Below, piece by piece: positions 1-8,124 of a stretch of DNA of 50,034 nt; position 1 is the first letter of the stretch, and the number at the start of each line of letters is the position of its first letter. The notes beneath the pieces were generated by a model. That model was not told the DNA's origin and did not search any database. It saw only the letters and a list, made by a program, of their open reading frames with translations. The position numbers and the translations under genes are program-made. Source of the stretch: Methanobacteriota archaeon (GTDB taxonomy: Archaea; Thermoplasmatota; E2; JACPAO01); assembly GCA_016180755.1 (NCBI GenBank), contig JACPAO010000072.1:1-50034 (forward strand), in the 5' to 3' direction.

Positions 1-2663
1 TCGGCATTTTCGCCTCCGCCTTTCTCGCCGTCGTAAATCTCTTGGTTTCCGCGCCGGACTTTGGCGTCCTCTCACAGCTTGATTTGCGGCCTGGTGCCGT
101 GAACCTTCTTGACTGGCCATTTCGTACGAGGAAAACGCGAACCGCAGCCAGGGCTTCGGCAAGAATTCCAAACTCCAAATCACTTTTCATAATCCCAACT
201 TGGGGAATACCGGGTCACCCCGGTACAGGTGTCGGCGCTGCGCTCCTCAGCTACCTGCCACCGGAGACGCCAGTGGTACTTGCGGGAGGAAAAATTCGAG
301 CCTGTGCTGCCCCAAACGAAGCGCCCGCTCACGAGCGAGAAGCGGCTGAAGAGGACAGTAGGACCTACCGGCGCTTCATCGCCCGCTTCTGCTGCTCTAA
401 ACCCCGATTGCCAGGTGAGGGGTGCGAATTCCTGACCGGGGTCCAGAAACTTCTCAAAGAAGCGGATTTGACTCCGGAAAAGCGGGCCAACGTCGGCTTC
501 CCGAATCGAAAGGACTTTTCAGCGCGCCTTTGCGCCCGCGATATGGGGCTGGCTCGCACGATTCGCTTGCCAAACGGCGCCGTGGCACTCACGGTGCCGA
601 CGGAGCTGAGGGCGTTGCTTCGAGAGGTCCAATCTCCGACCAGCGAAGGTCCGCTCCGAAGCATGGCATCCGGCCTGATCAGTTGGTGGGATGAATTCCA
701 CAAGGATTCCTTCCTCCGCGAAATCGAGGGAACCGTTGAGTTGTCCCGCGCAATCACAGCGAGCGAAGTCCCCTGTCCAACGATTCTCCTTCCTTGGGCC
801 AACAATCTCGACGCGTTGCCTGCGCTGCCCAACTACTTCCATCCCGCACCGGGCGACGACTCGTTAGCTGGTGCCCCGCAGGTCCTGCGACAGATTTGGT
901 TCGCGTTACGGCCCATCTTGGACCTGGCCGGCAACATTAGCGAGTACTTCACGAAGGTGAAGGCCGGCCCGGAATCCTTCGAAAGGAACCTCTGGTCGAG
1001 GATTTCCAGGCGATGCAAAGAAGGCGAGCCGAAAGTCAACTCTGAGCGCGTCGTTGCACGTCTCGAACGGCCCCTGATCCTAGAGGGAGAAATCGGCGAT
1101 ATCCTTGCGGCCGCGCGCCGCGATTTGTCCACGAAAAAAGACGATTGGGGTCGGCTTGGCGAAAAGCGTCGCGACTGGTTCCGGACAAAGTTGATCCCGA
1201 GACTCGCCGCACTAAAGGTGAATGAGGAATTCTTTTCAAGCACGCTGACGGGAAAGCCAACCGTTGCCGAAATGCTTGCGGCACTCTCCTACGAACTTCG
1301 AGTGTCGCCCAACAACCAGGTCGAACTAGCGGCTATGATTTACGAGCGACGTGCCACGCCATGGAATCCCGACGAACGGTGGCTTCCCATGGACCCGTTT
1401 TCGCACGCCTCCCGGGTACTTCGCGAAAGCACGCCCACGTTGGAAGCCATGCAGGCAGCACTTGACCAAGTTGAGACCGAACTATCTTCAGAGCAAATCG
1501 AATGGGATGAATTCCTTCGAGTAGCGCTGGCTGCGAGGTTTGGAGTCCTTTGGGCAGAGCTAGGCGAATCCGAAGATGGTGGCCCGCTGGTGCGTCTGCG
1601 CGTTTTGGACGCGGACGTTGACCCCTCGCTATCAGACGATGACGGCCCTCCAATTCCCGCTGGGCCAGCGATCCGACCACGTTGGCATCCGTTTAGAACG
1701 CTGCTCGAAGCCGGCGCAGTTCTGGTCCTCATGAGTGCCACGCCCTATTCAGAAGAGTACATTCGGGGGTTGTTGGGCGTCGAAAGCGTCAACAGAATTC
1801 CCTACCCTAAGGGCGCCGAACGGCCGAAGGTTCGATATGCCATTGAGCTGGGCACCAAGGGAATCTACGCCACGCTGGTGAAGCACGACGAGCGATACTT
1901 TCTTCGCGACGATACGGAAAGGCTGCTAAACACGCTCGCCGACGAGATTGCGGAACCTTTCCATGTGGTCGCCCGAAACAAACGCGAGCGACAGGCTCTT
2001 CGAATATGGGCATCCCAGCGCCCAACCTCGAAACCCAGGGTCGAAGTCCACATGTTCCGCGACCAATCTTCTATGGGCGTCGAATGGCTGGAAGTTGGGA
2101 CTGGAATCACAGTGATGTTGGGCCCCCCCAAAACCCCCCTCTTCCAGTGGCATGCGCACGTTGGACTTGCACGAACTCGACTCGACCTAACGAGCGATGT
2201 CGCCGACGAATCCGCGCTGTTGGACCGAGATTGGATGGCGCACGAATTCTGCCAAACGTCGTGCAGGACGGTCCAATTGTCGCCGGACGCGGCTTTTCGC
2301 CGAACAGGCAAAGTGATCCTTCTCAACGCGTATCACGATGAGGGTTTTCTTCGAGAAGCTTCCACGAAATATGGAATCGAGATTGAATCTTGGAAAACCG
2401 TGCCGGTGACCGGCGAAACCGGACCGGTGGGGCCGAGAGCAGCACGTCTCGTGGCTGCCGTTCGCGGGTTGCCGATTCTTGCGGGATCAGCGGCTCGCGT
2501 CGTTACTTTCTCGCGCGACCGAGGTTGGTTTACCAAGCAGGACCTACGGCGACAATACGGGGGGAACGACGTCACCTGGGCTAAGGGTTTGAAAGCGGCT
2601 TTTGATGCCGGCTTCCTTGACATGAAAAGGGAAGGCAAACGGACCTTCTATCGCGAAAGGTGA
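1..2663 (+). CDS. Large hypothetical protein with an SF2-helicase-like C-terminal half; probably 5'-truncated by the window edge
   Basis: The reading frame is open from nt 3 with no stop before the TTG at 42. 'VLVLMSATP' resembles helicase motif III. It is followed by a helicase-C-like stretch ('ITVMLGPP', 'EFCQTSCRT'). The last ~60 aa look like a winged helix. No intact Walker A or DExH motif is visible; 'RVLDADVD' sits where motif II would be. Confidence 0.6.
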   Translation, partial: GIFASAFLAVVNLLVSAPDFGVLSQLDLRPGAVNLLDWPFRTRKTRTAARASARIPNSKSLFIIPTWGIPGHPGTGVGAALLSYLPPETPVVLAGGKIRACAAPNEAPAHEREAAEEDSRTYRRFIARFCCSKPRLPGEGCEFLTGVQKLLKEADLTPEKRANVGFPNRKDFSARLCARDMGLARTIRLPNGAVALTVPTELRALLREVQSPTSEGPLRSMASGLISWWDEFHKDSFLREIEGTVELSRAITASEVPCPTILLPWANNLDALPALPNYFHPAPGDDSLAGAPQVLRQIWFALRPILDLAGNISEYFTKVKAGPESFERNLWSRISRRCKEGEPKVNSERVVARLERPLILEGEIGDILAAARRDLSTKKDDWGRLGEKRRDWFRTKLIPRLAALKVNEEFFSSTLTGKPTVAEMLAALSYELRVSPNNQVELAAMIYERRATPWNPDERWLPMDPFSHASRVLRESTPTLEAMQAALDQVETELSSEQIEWDEFLRVALAARFGVLWAELGESEDGGPLVRLRVLDADVDPSLSDDDGPPIPAGPAIRPRWHPFRTLLEAGAVLVLMSATPYSEEYIRGLLGVESVNRIPYPKGAERPKVRYAIELGTKGIYATLVKHDERYFLRDDTERLLNTLADEIAEPFHVVARNKRERQALRIWASQRPTSKPRVEVHMFRDQSSMGVEWLEVGTGITVMLGPPKTPLFQWHAHVGLARTRLDLTSDVADESALLDRDWMAHEFCQTSCRTVQLSPDAAFRRTGKVILLNAYHDEGFLREASTKYGIEIESWKTVPVTGETGPVGPRAARLVAAVRGLPILAGSAARVVTFSRDRGWFTKQDLRRQYGGNDVTWAKGLKAAFDAGFLDMKREGKRTFYRER

Positions 2664-2700
2664 GGCCATCCTACTTCGGCACACTTAGTAGGATGCCCTC
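2662..2700. terminator. Imperfect inverted repeat / stem-loop between convergent genes
   Basis: gaggccatcctact (2662-2675) pairs with agtaggatgccctc (2687-2700). That is 14 positions with one C-C mismatch and an 11-nt loop. The repeat begins inside the TGA stop (2661-2663). No T-tract follows, so a terminator role is inferred only. Confidence 0.4.
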
Positions 2701-2788
2701 ACAAATCCGGCACCTGCGCAGGGTGTTTTGGCTACTCAGAGGCAGGGCGAACCATAGTGGCTGGCCTAACGATCCCACGCGGTGGTCG

Positions 2789-3199
2789 TCATGGGGGCGA
2801 GCCCCCCAACTTTAGCGAGGCGCGTCTGCGCGCAAAGTCGCCAATCTGCGCTCCGTCGAATTCCAGTCGGATTCGTTGAAGTTCGTAGTGCTGCTCAACC
2901 GGGCTCCGGAAGATTGGGAAAATTGAGCCCGAAGATTCGGTGCGCGAGATGCGAGTTGGCCGTTCTTCCACGCGGTCCGATTCGAGGGTAGCCAACTTCT
3001 CCTGAACGTGGATTACACGCCCCGTCCCACGAATGAGTTCGGGAACGCCAAGGTCCTCCCCGGTGTCCGGGTTTTTAAGCGGTTTCCCCCTCCCAAAAAT
3101 CAGAAACTCTTGGCCCAAGGCGACTCCCTCGCGGGTCCCGCCGGCGATGATCAGTTGGGTTGGGCTGATAATTTCAACGACGACGAATTCGTTTGGCAT
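2789..3199 (-). CDS. Hypothetical soluble protein (136 aa); downstream partner of a two-gene cassette
   Basis: Its ATG (3199-3197) directly follows the TAA (3202-3200) of the upstream gene. The sequence looks like a real protein, with a beta-rich N-terminus 'FVVVEIISPTQLIIAGGTREGVALGQEFLIFG'. I recognise no family. Confidence 0.6.
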   Translation of the reverse strand: MPNEFVVVEIISPTQLIIAGGTREGVALGQEFLIFGRGKPLKNPDTGEDLGVPELIRGTGRVIHVQEKLATLESDRVEERPTRISRTESSGSIFPIFRSPVEQHYELQRIRLEFDGAQIGDFARRRASLKLGGSPP

Positions 3200-3760
3200 T
3201 TAGCGTACCCCATAATCCCGGAATTGTTCGAGAAGTTTTGCGTCGATAAGCGGCGTGGCGTACAAGCCCTTCAGCTTCGATTGGTCGTTGAAGTAACTCG
3301 CGATATCCAAGTTCGTCGGAGACGGCGACTCCTGCACTGCTTGAATCTGCTGACCGGCAATGATTTTCCTGATGGACAATATGCAAAGAGCTTGGTGCGC
3401 GCCGGAACTCCTTGCGTATAATGTCAGAATGCCATTCTCCTGGACGGTCGGATTGTAGGCAAGAACGACGATTTTCTCGCCCGCGGCAACTCCTTCTCCT
3501 GGAATCAGGTATCGCGCCCGTATCCGATCGGCTTGGTTGAGGAAAAACCGGTAGCTCTGCCGGATGATTTTCGTCGTGAACATCGCCAGGAAAAGGAACG
3601 CGAGGACGAGGAGGGCCTCCTGAAATCCGAACCAAGGAACCTCGGCAAACGTAAGCAGAAATTGGACGACGCCAAGGATGCCGAGGAAGGCCTCTAGCTT
3701 TCCCCAACCTTGGGCCAGGATCGCCACTGTGAAGTTGGCCAGCCGCGTCCACTCTACCAC
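3200..3760 (-). CDS. Hypothetical membrane protein (186 aa; two N-terminal TM helices plus a soluble C-terminal domain)
   Basis: GTG start at 3760. Hydrophobic helices are 'FTVAILAQGWGKLEAFLGILGVVQFLL' and 'ALLVLAFLFLAMFTT'. The gene is translationally coupled (TAAATG) to 2789-3199. Confidence 0.6.
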   Translation of the reverse strand: MVEWTRLANFTVAILAQGWGKLEAFLGILGVVQFLLTFAEVPWFGFQEALLVLAFLFLAMFTTKIIRQSYRFFLNQADRIRARYLIPGEGVAAGEKIVVLAYNPTVQENGILTLYARSSGAHQALCILSIRKIIAGQQIQAVQESPSPTNLDIASYFNDQSKLKGLYATPLIDAKLLEQFRDYGVR

Positions 3761-3994
3761 GAGTCCCCCAACCCCGCGCTCGTAAAGAAGCGTTTGCTGC
3801 GGCGCCCAGCGCGTTATGAATCTCGCCTAGCCTGGCGCTTCCCGTTCCTTGGCACTACATCCCATGAGCAAGGCCAAAACCCTAAAAACGCCCGGCCCAA
3901 CAGGCATAAGGCGCACTCCTCGCGCGCGCGTGTGAACGCGCGTTTCGTTCAAGTAGTTACGCTGCGGCGTGGCGCCCCCGGGAACCGCAGAGGA

Positions 3995-4741
3995 TCAGCC
4001 GTCCTTTTTCGGCGATTCCTGGCTCCTCGATGATGCGACTTGGGGGAAGGCCTCTATGGCCGGAACGCCCGAGTCGCATTCGAACTCGGAACTGGCCGTC
4101 TCACCCAAAAGCGGCTTCACAAACAATCGGCAGGTTTGTCCGTTGAGGGCAAGGATTTCCGCCGGCCGCACGCCCGCTTCAAAGTGGGCCAAGACTTCCG
4201 TAATTGCCCCCCGACTCACGAGGTCTCCAGGGCGATACTCGTCGCCCGGCGCGCCGCTGCGGGGCGATTGCATGAACGGGCTAGGTGATCCAACGCGAAG
4301 GGGGAAACGCCGCCAGGTGCGCCAGGGTCGACCTATTCGAACTGTCACTCGTTCGATGCTGCTTGCCGCCCCCATGTTGGCAATCTTGAACGCGAGGAAA
4401 TAGGACGCGTTCCCGGAGTTGAACATCGTTCGGAGAGAGGCGTCGAGAACACGGAACCTGGAACGGTCGCGGTCCCTCTCAAGTCGGTACAGCATCACTG
4501 TGGTGGCGACCAGCATTGCGGAGAGGAAAACGTTGGAAACCCCGGCAAATGCGGCCGAATCCGTCGACCCGAACCGCGCCAAAATTAAACGAACAACAGG
4601 GCTGAGTAATATTGCCACGAGCGCGAAGAGGCCCGCGGCCGTCACCAGTGCAAGCGCCATGAATGCGGCGAGGGCGATTCGTCGTGGCAGGGTTTCGTAC
4701 CAATCAATGGTTGCCCGTCGACCACGCACAAACGCTCCCAT
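3995..4741 (-). CDS. Hypothetical membrane protein (248 aa; two TM helices)
   Basis: ATG at 4741. TM segments are 'IALAAFMALALVTAAGLFALVAILL' and 'VFLSAMLVATTVMLY'. Composition looks like a real protein. No family recognised. Confidence 0.55.
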   Translation of the reverse strand: MGAFVRGRRATIDWYETLPRRIALAAFMALALVTAAGLFALVAILLSPVVRLILARFGSTDSAAFAGVSNVFLSAMLVATTVMLYRLERDRDRSRFRVLDASLRTMFNSGNASYFLAFKIANMGAASSIERVTVRIGRPWRTWRRFPLRVGSPSPFMQSPRSGAPGDEYRPGDLVSRGAITEVLAHFEAGVRPAEILALNGQTCRLFVKPLLGETASSEFECDSGVPAIEAFPQVASSRSQESPKKDG

Positions 4742-4821
4742 GACGTTCGACGTAATTAGTCCCTCGCCGCGTGGAGATTCCGAGTGGACCCGTCCCGTTC
4801 AAGTTGCCATGCCGCGAGGTC

Positions 4822-5055
4822 CTACTTGATCAACCAAACCGCTTTCTTCAATCTGACATCGTTTCCATCGACAACGAACACTACGTAGTCGCCTCGTTTT
4901 ACGCCCAGCGCCGCTTGCACGTCTGGAGGAACCACGATCCGGGAGTAACGATCAATCAGCTTCGGCTTTGGCGCCTGCGACCGTAGTGTCCTTGCCACGC
5001 ACGGCAAATTGGAAAGAGCAATATGGCAGGTCTCGGCAAATTGCCAAATTGGCAA
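4822..5055 (-). CDS. AbrB/SpoVT-fold (swapped-hairpin) DNA-binding protein; antitoxin or transition-state-regulator type
   Basis: The C-terminal 'SRIVVPPDVQAALGVKRGDYVVFVVDGNDVRLKK' matches the AbrB/MazE/SpoVT pattern. The N-terminal ~30 aa extension is uncertain. Confidence 0.6.
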   Translation of the reverse strand: MPIWQFAETCHIALSNLPCVARTLRSQAPKPKLIDRYSRIVVPPDVQAALGVKRGDYVVFVVDGNDVRLKKAVWLIK

Positions 5056-5097
5056 AAGGATATTACCTGGGAAATTTACAGGAATGAGGTTCCGACA

Positions 5098-5688
5098 ATG
5101 GCTGGGTCAACGTCGCAGCAATTGAATTGGCTGGTTGGAGGGGCCGCGGCCGTCATGGTCGTGTTTGTCGGGTTGGCAGTGTACCTTTCCCCGGTTGAAG
5201 AGGGCTCGCCGCCTCCTGCCACGGTCGCCGCTCAAACGACTGGCCCCGTTTCCCCCTGCAATGCAAGCATCAGTGCCCTTGAATCCGGTCGAACGGAGCG
5301 CGCGGATCAAGATGTGAACATTGTTGTTTACCAGAATCGATCGCAAATGGATGTCTACGGCATCAATCTGAAAACAGACAAGCTCGCGCACGGAACTCTA
5401 GCAATTTTGTGGCGTGAGGCAACCGGCGAGCCTGGCGCCACCGGGGACCACAGTCGAATTGTTTGCCAGACAGCCTTCGGCGACGTTGAAAGCCAAGCGT
5501 TCTACAACCCCGACACACAGCGAGAGGAATCGGCGATTATTCGGCGCCTCCGCACAGACGATTTCTTCGATTCCTGCCCCTCAGCCTCCTACTTTGAGAA
5601 TTGCAATCGCATAGTCGAGATCATGTTCTTCCCCGACAATCAGACCTTCTACTGGTCTGGATGGGACCGGGCCAACTATCCCCGTTGA
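5098..5688 (+). CDS. Hypothetical membrane-anchored protein
   Basis: The internal ATG at 5098 (MAGSTSQQ...) avoids overlap with the AbrB gene. There is a single TM 'LNWLVGGAAAVMVVFVGLAVYL' followed by a Cys-containing extracytoplasmic domain. Confidence 0.55.
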   Translation: MAGSTSQQLNWLVGGAAAVMVVFVGLAVYLSPVEEGSPPPATVAAQTTGPVSPCNASISALESGRTERADQDVNIVVYQNRSQMDVYGINLKTDKLAHGTLAILWREATGEPGATGDHSRIVCQTAFGDVESQAFYNPDTQREESAIIRRLRTDDFFDSCPSASYFENCNRIVEIMFFPDNQTFYWSGWDRANYPR

Positions 5689-5708
5689 GGCCCCCTGAAC
5701 GGGCCAGG

Positions 5709-6551
5709 CTAATAGTTGGGCAGGAACCGTTCGTAGTTTTCTCGCAATGCGGCGTCTGACAAGTGAAGGTAGCGCATCGTCGTTTCAATCCGGGAGTGCC
5801 GAAGCTGACGCTGAACAAACGGAAGCGGACATCCCTTGGACAGAAGGTTCGTCGCCAAGGCGTGACGGAACATGTGTGGGCTCACGACCTTCTGCACGCC
5901 GGCCTTGCGTCCATACGCCCGGCATAGGACGCGCAGGCGCTGCGTGGAGAGCTTCTCGCCCGTTGGCCCGGGGAAGAGCCACTCGGGGCCTTCCGGGCGC
6001 AGGCCGGCCCGCAGGAACCCGCTCAGAGCATCCAGCGCGGCCTGGGCAATTGGGACCTCCGCGGATTTACCACCCTTGCCCAGTTGAACCACGATCTGCT
6101 TGCGGTCAAAGGACACGTCGTCTCGTTTGAGGCTGCAAAGCTCTGCGACGCGCAACCCGGTGTACGCCATGACATAAAAGAGCGCGCGGTCCCTGATCGA
6201 GTCGATGACGAACAGGATGGACTGCACTTCTTGCTCCGTGAGAAAGCGCGGCACACGCGTCTTCTCGGGCGAGGGGGGCTTTACCGCGAGATCGGTGCCG
6301 ATGAAGCGGCCGTAGTCCTTGAAGGCCAAGCAGATGTTCCCGACGTAGTCCCTATGGTACCCATCCAGGACGAACTGCTCCTTCGCCCTCTGGATTTGTT
6401 CCTTGGTTGGGTTCAGCGTCTTCCAAACCCGCAGGTGCTGCCGGACGATGGCCGACCTCATCCGGGCCGTGGTCCGTGACATGCCGCGTTCAACGATCAG
6501 GTGGTTCTCGAAACTCTTCTTGCGTGCTTCCAGCGCGGGGTGGTCTTCCAT
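5709..6551 (-). CDS. Tyrosine recombinase / integrase (XerC/XerD-like)
   Basis: The catalytic signature is present: 'GLRVAELCSL' (Arg box), 'HMFRHALAT' (HxxR) and 'LRHSRIETTMRYLH' (His...Tyr). ATG at 6551. The track ORF extends to a TTG at 6605. Confidence 0.9.
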   Translation of the reverse strand: MEDHPALEARKKSFENHLIVERGMSRTTARMRSAIVRQHLRVWKTLNPTKEQIQRAKEQFVLDGYHRDYVGNICLAFKDYGRFIGTDLAVKPPSPEKTRVPRFLTEQEVQSILFVIDSIRDRALFYVMAYTGLRVAELCSLKRDDVSFDRKQIVVQLGKGGKSAEVPIAQAALDALSGFLRAGLRPEGPEWLFPGPTGEKLSTQRLRVLCRAYGRKAGVQKVVSPHMFRHALATNLLSKGCPLPFVQRQLRHSRIETTMRYLHLSDAALRENYERFLPNY

Positions 6552-6629
6552 GTGGAACCCTCCAGGTTCGTGTCGGAACTGTGGTTGCGCCTCGGAGGGG
6601 GGCAAATGACCCGGCCAACAGGAGAGAAA

Positions 6630-6697
6630 CCGGCCAACGGCGACAGATTCAGGGTCTGTTCCTTAGTGGTTCTCCGGTTCGAATCCGGACTCCTGCA
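6630..6697 (+). tRNA. tRNA-Leu(CAG) 3' portion (D-loop to discriminator), 5'-truncated; candidate att site
   Basis: Elements present: anticodon arm acaga/ttCAGgg/tctgt (6643-6659); a 13-nt class-II variable arm; T-arm tccgg/ttcgaat/ccgga (6673-6689); acceptor 3' strand ctcctgc plus A (6690-6697). Upstream there is only 'acaggag' (6618-6624, 6 of 7 complementary). No 5' D-stem strand is present, so I cannot draw a functional cloverleaf. Confidence 0.5.
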
Positions 6698-7045
6698 TTC
6701 GCTTCCCCCTCCGCTCGCCGCGTTTCAGGCCGCGACGACCAACCTACGATCCCCCCTGGATCCCGGCCGGAACCCCCCGACGTCCGCCGATGCCCCCTAG
6801 AAGACGTGCCGACCCATGAGCGGAGGGCCAGCCAAGGGCGGGTCGGTCGGCGCGCGTGCAGCGGACGTGCCGAAAGATTTCATGCAGGTAGCACGGAAGG
6901 GGACTACCTATAGGCTGTCGAGTGTGGGAGTCTTCCCCTGTGCTAAGGAATATCAAGGGGACCCTGCCGAGCGGGCCGGTCAGGCGAGACATCGGAATCC
7001 GCCGTCGGGAAACCTAATAAGCGCCGCCGTTCACCGCATCGCGCC

Positions 7046-7984
7046 ATGAAACGGGTGTGGGCGGGCATCGCGGCGCTGCTCCTTGCCGGATGCCTCGGGG
7101 CCGAGACGAAGAGTGCGGACGAGCCCACCGCCGAACCGACCACCTCGTCGTCCGACCTCGGGACGCTCGTCGTGACCGTCACCACGCCGGAGGTAGTTCC
7201 CGTCGAGGGCGCTGAGGTCGTGGCGGAGGGGCCGACGCCGAAGAGCGCGTTCACCGACGCGAAGGGCGCCGCGACGTTGACCGACCTCGAGCCCGGCAAC
7301 TACACGGTCCTCGCCGCCCGCGCCGGCTACCGACCCCTGCAGGAGCGCGGCCGCCTCGTCGACGTCCTTTCCGGCGAAACCGTCGAGGTCAAGCTCGTCC
7401 TCGAGCCGGTCGAGATCGTGAACGCCTCGAACGCCTACCACATGACCCTCCCCTTCAACGGCTTCATGGGCTGCAGCATCGCCGGGGCCCCCGGCACGAT
7501 CGGCTACACGACGTACTGCAGCCGCGGCCTCACCGTGTACGGCCAAGGCGTGCGCGACCCCAACGACAACTCGACCCATTTCTGGAACATCGAGAGCCGC
7601 CTCATCGTAGGCATGGTCCACGAGATGAAGTGGCAGCCGACGCTCCCCGGCACGGCCGGGATGCTCCGCATCGGCACGTACCGCACCTACTCGTGCACGG
7701 GCCAGGCCGGCGTCGGGCAGGCATGCACGCCGGCCGGGGCGATCGCCGAGCACTGGGGCGCCTCCCCCGTCTCCGGCACGAAGCTCGAAGGCGACGGGAA
7801 GAACATCACGAAGAACTACGCGAAGGACGCGCCGTTCCCGCAACAGGTGCGCACCGAGGTGCGCGCCGAGTGCTCGGGTTCGTGCTCCCCCTTCACGTTC
7901 GTGTTCCAGCAGCGCTACGAGGCCTGGGTGAGCTCGTTCTACGGCCTTGAGCCGCCTGCCGGCTGGAGCGTCTTTCCCAAGTAG
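7046..7984 (+). CDS. Secreted lipoprotein: carboxypeptidase-regulatory-like (CarboxypepD_reg) domain plus Cys-rich C-terminal domain
   Basis: Signal peptide with lipobox 'LLLAGC'. The Ig-like domain reads 'GTLVVTVTTPEVVPVEGAEVV...TDAKGAATLTDLEPGNYTVLAARAGY'. The C-terminal half is homologous to the proteins at 38409, 39551 and 40464. Confidence 0.8.
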   Translation: MKRVWAGIAALLLAGCLGAETKSADEPTAEPTTSSSDLGTLVVTVTTPEVVPVEGAEVVAEGPTPKSAFTDAKGAATLTDLEPGNYTVLAARAGYRPLQERGRLVDVLSGETVEVKLVLEPVEIVNASNAYHMTLPFNGFMGCSIAGAPGTIGYTTYCSRGLTVYGQGVRDPNDNSTHFWNIESRLIVGMVHEMKWQPTLPGTAGMLRIGTYRTYSCTGQAGVGQACTPAGAIAEHWGASPVSGTKLEGDGKNITKNYAKDAPFPQQVRTEVRAECSGSCSPFTFVFQQRYEAWVSSFYGLEPPAGWSVFPK

Positions 7985-8093
7985 CGTCCGCCGCCTCGTG
8001 TCCGAAGGCCCTTACACGCAAACAAGAGGAGGAGTTTGAAACCGGGCACCCGCCGACCGAGGCGGCCGCCAGGAACGCAGCTCATGGAAACCC

Positions 8094-8124
8094 TTATCTC
8101 AAATGACTGATAATCATCTATCAG
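8094..8124 (+). promoter_or_regulatory. TATA-like box (ttatctcaaa, 8094-8103) plus inverted repeat CTGATA-N6-TATCAG (8107-8124) abutting the antitoxin ATG
   Basis: This is an AT-rich island in GC-rich DNA. The box is centred about 27 nt upstream of the ATG at 8125, the spacing expected for a leaderless transcript. The perfect 6+6 palindrome is a typical toxin-antitoxin autoregulation operator. Confidence 0.4.

Larger units (their letters stand above)
1..6697. mobile_element. Right-hand portion of an integrated element (tyrosine-recombinase type), bounded on the right by a tRNA-Leu 3' fragment; the left end lies outside the window
   Basis: Hand counts on a few 60-nt lines give about 45-58% G+C here versus about 65-80% in the rest of the window. 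The recombinase gene (5709-6551) sits next to a truncated tRNA-Leu copy (6630-6697). The cargo ORFs have no housekeeping signature. Confidence 0.6.

Noticed and set aside
3925-3942. GC-rich hairpin cgcgcgt-gtga-acgcgcg downstream of the 3995-4741 gene
   Set aside because: Its 7 bp come from an alternating CG run. The T-tract is on the wrong side for the minus-strand transcript. It is likely fortuitous.
6698-7045. A ~350-nt non-coding gap after the tRNA-Leu fragment, considered as a possible SRP RNA, RNase P RNA or other structured RNA
   Set aside because: It contains a few short hairpins (ccgaccc/gggtcgg, tcccct/agggga) and a 10-nt direct repeat gacgtgccga (6804 and 6864). I could not find RNase P CR-I/CR-V motifs or an SRP helix-8 pattern. 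A gene of that size would run into the CDS at 7046. An Infernal/Rfam scan would settle it.
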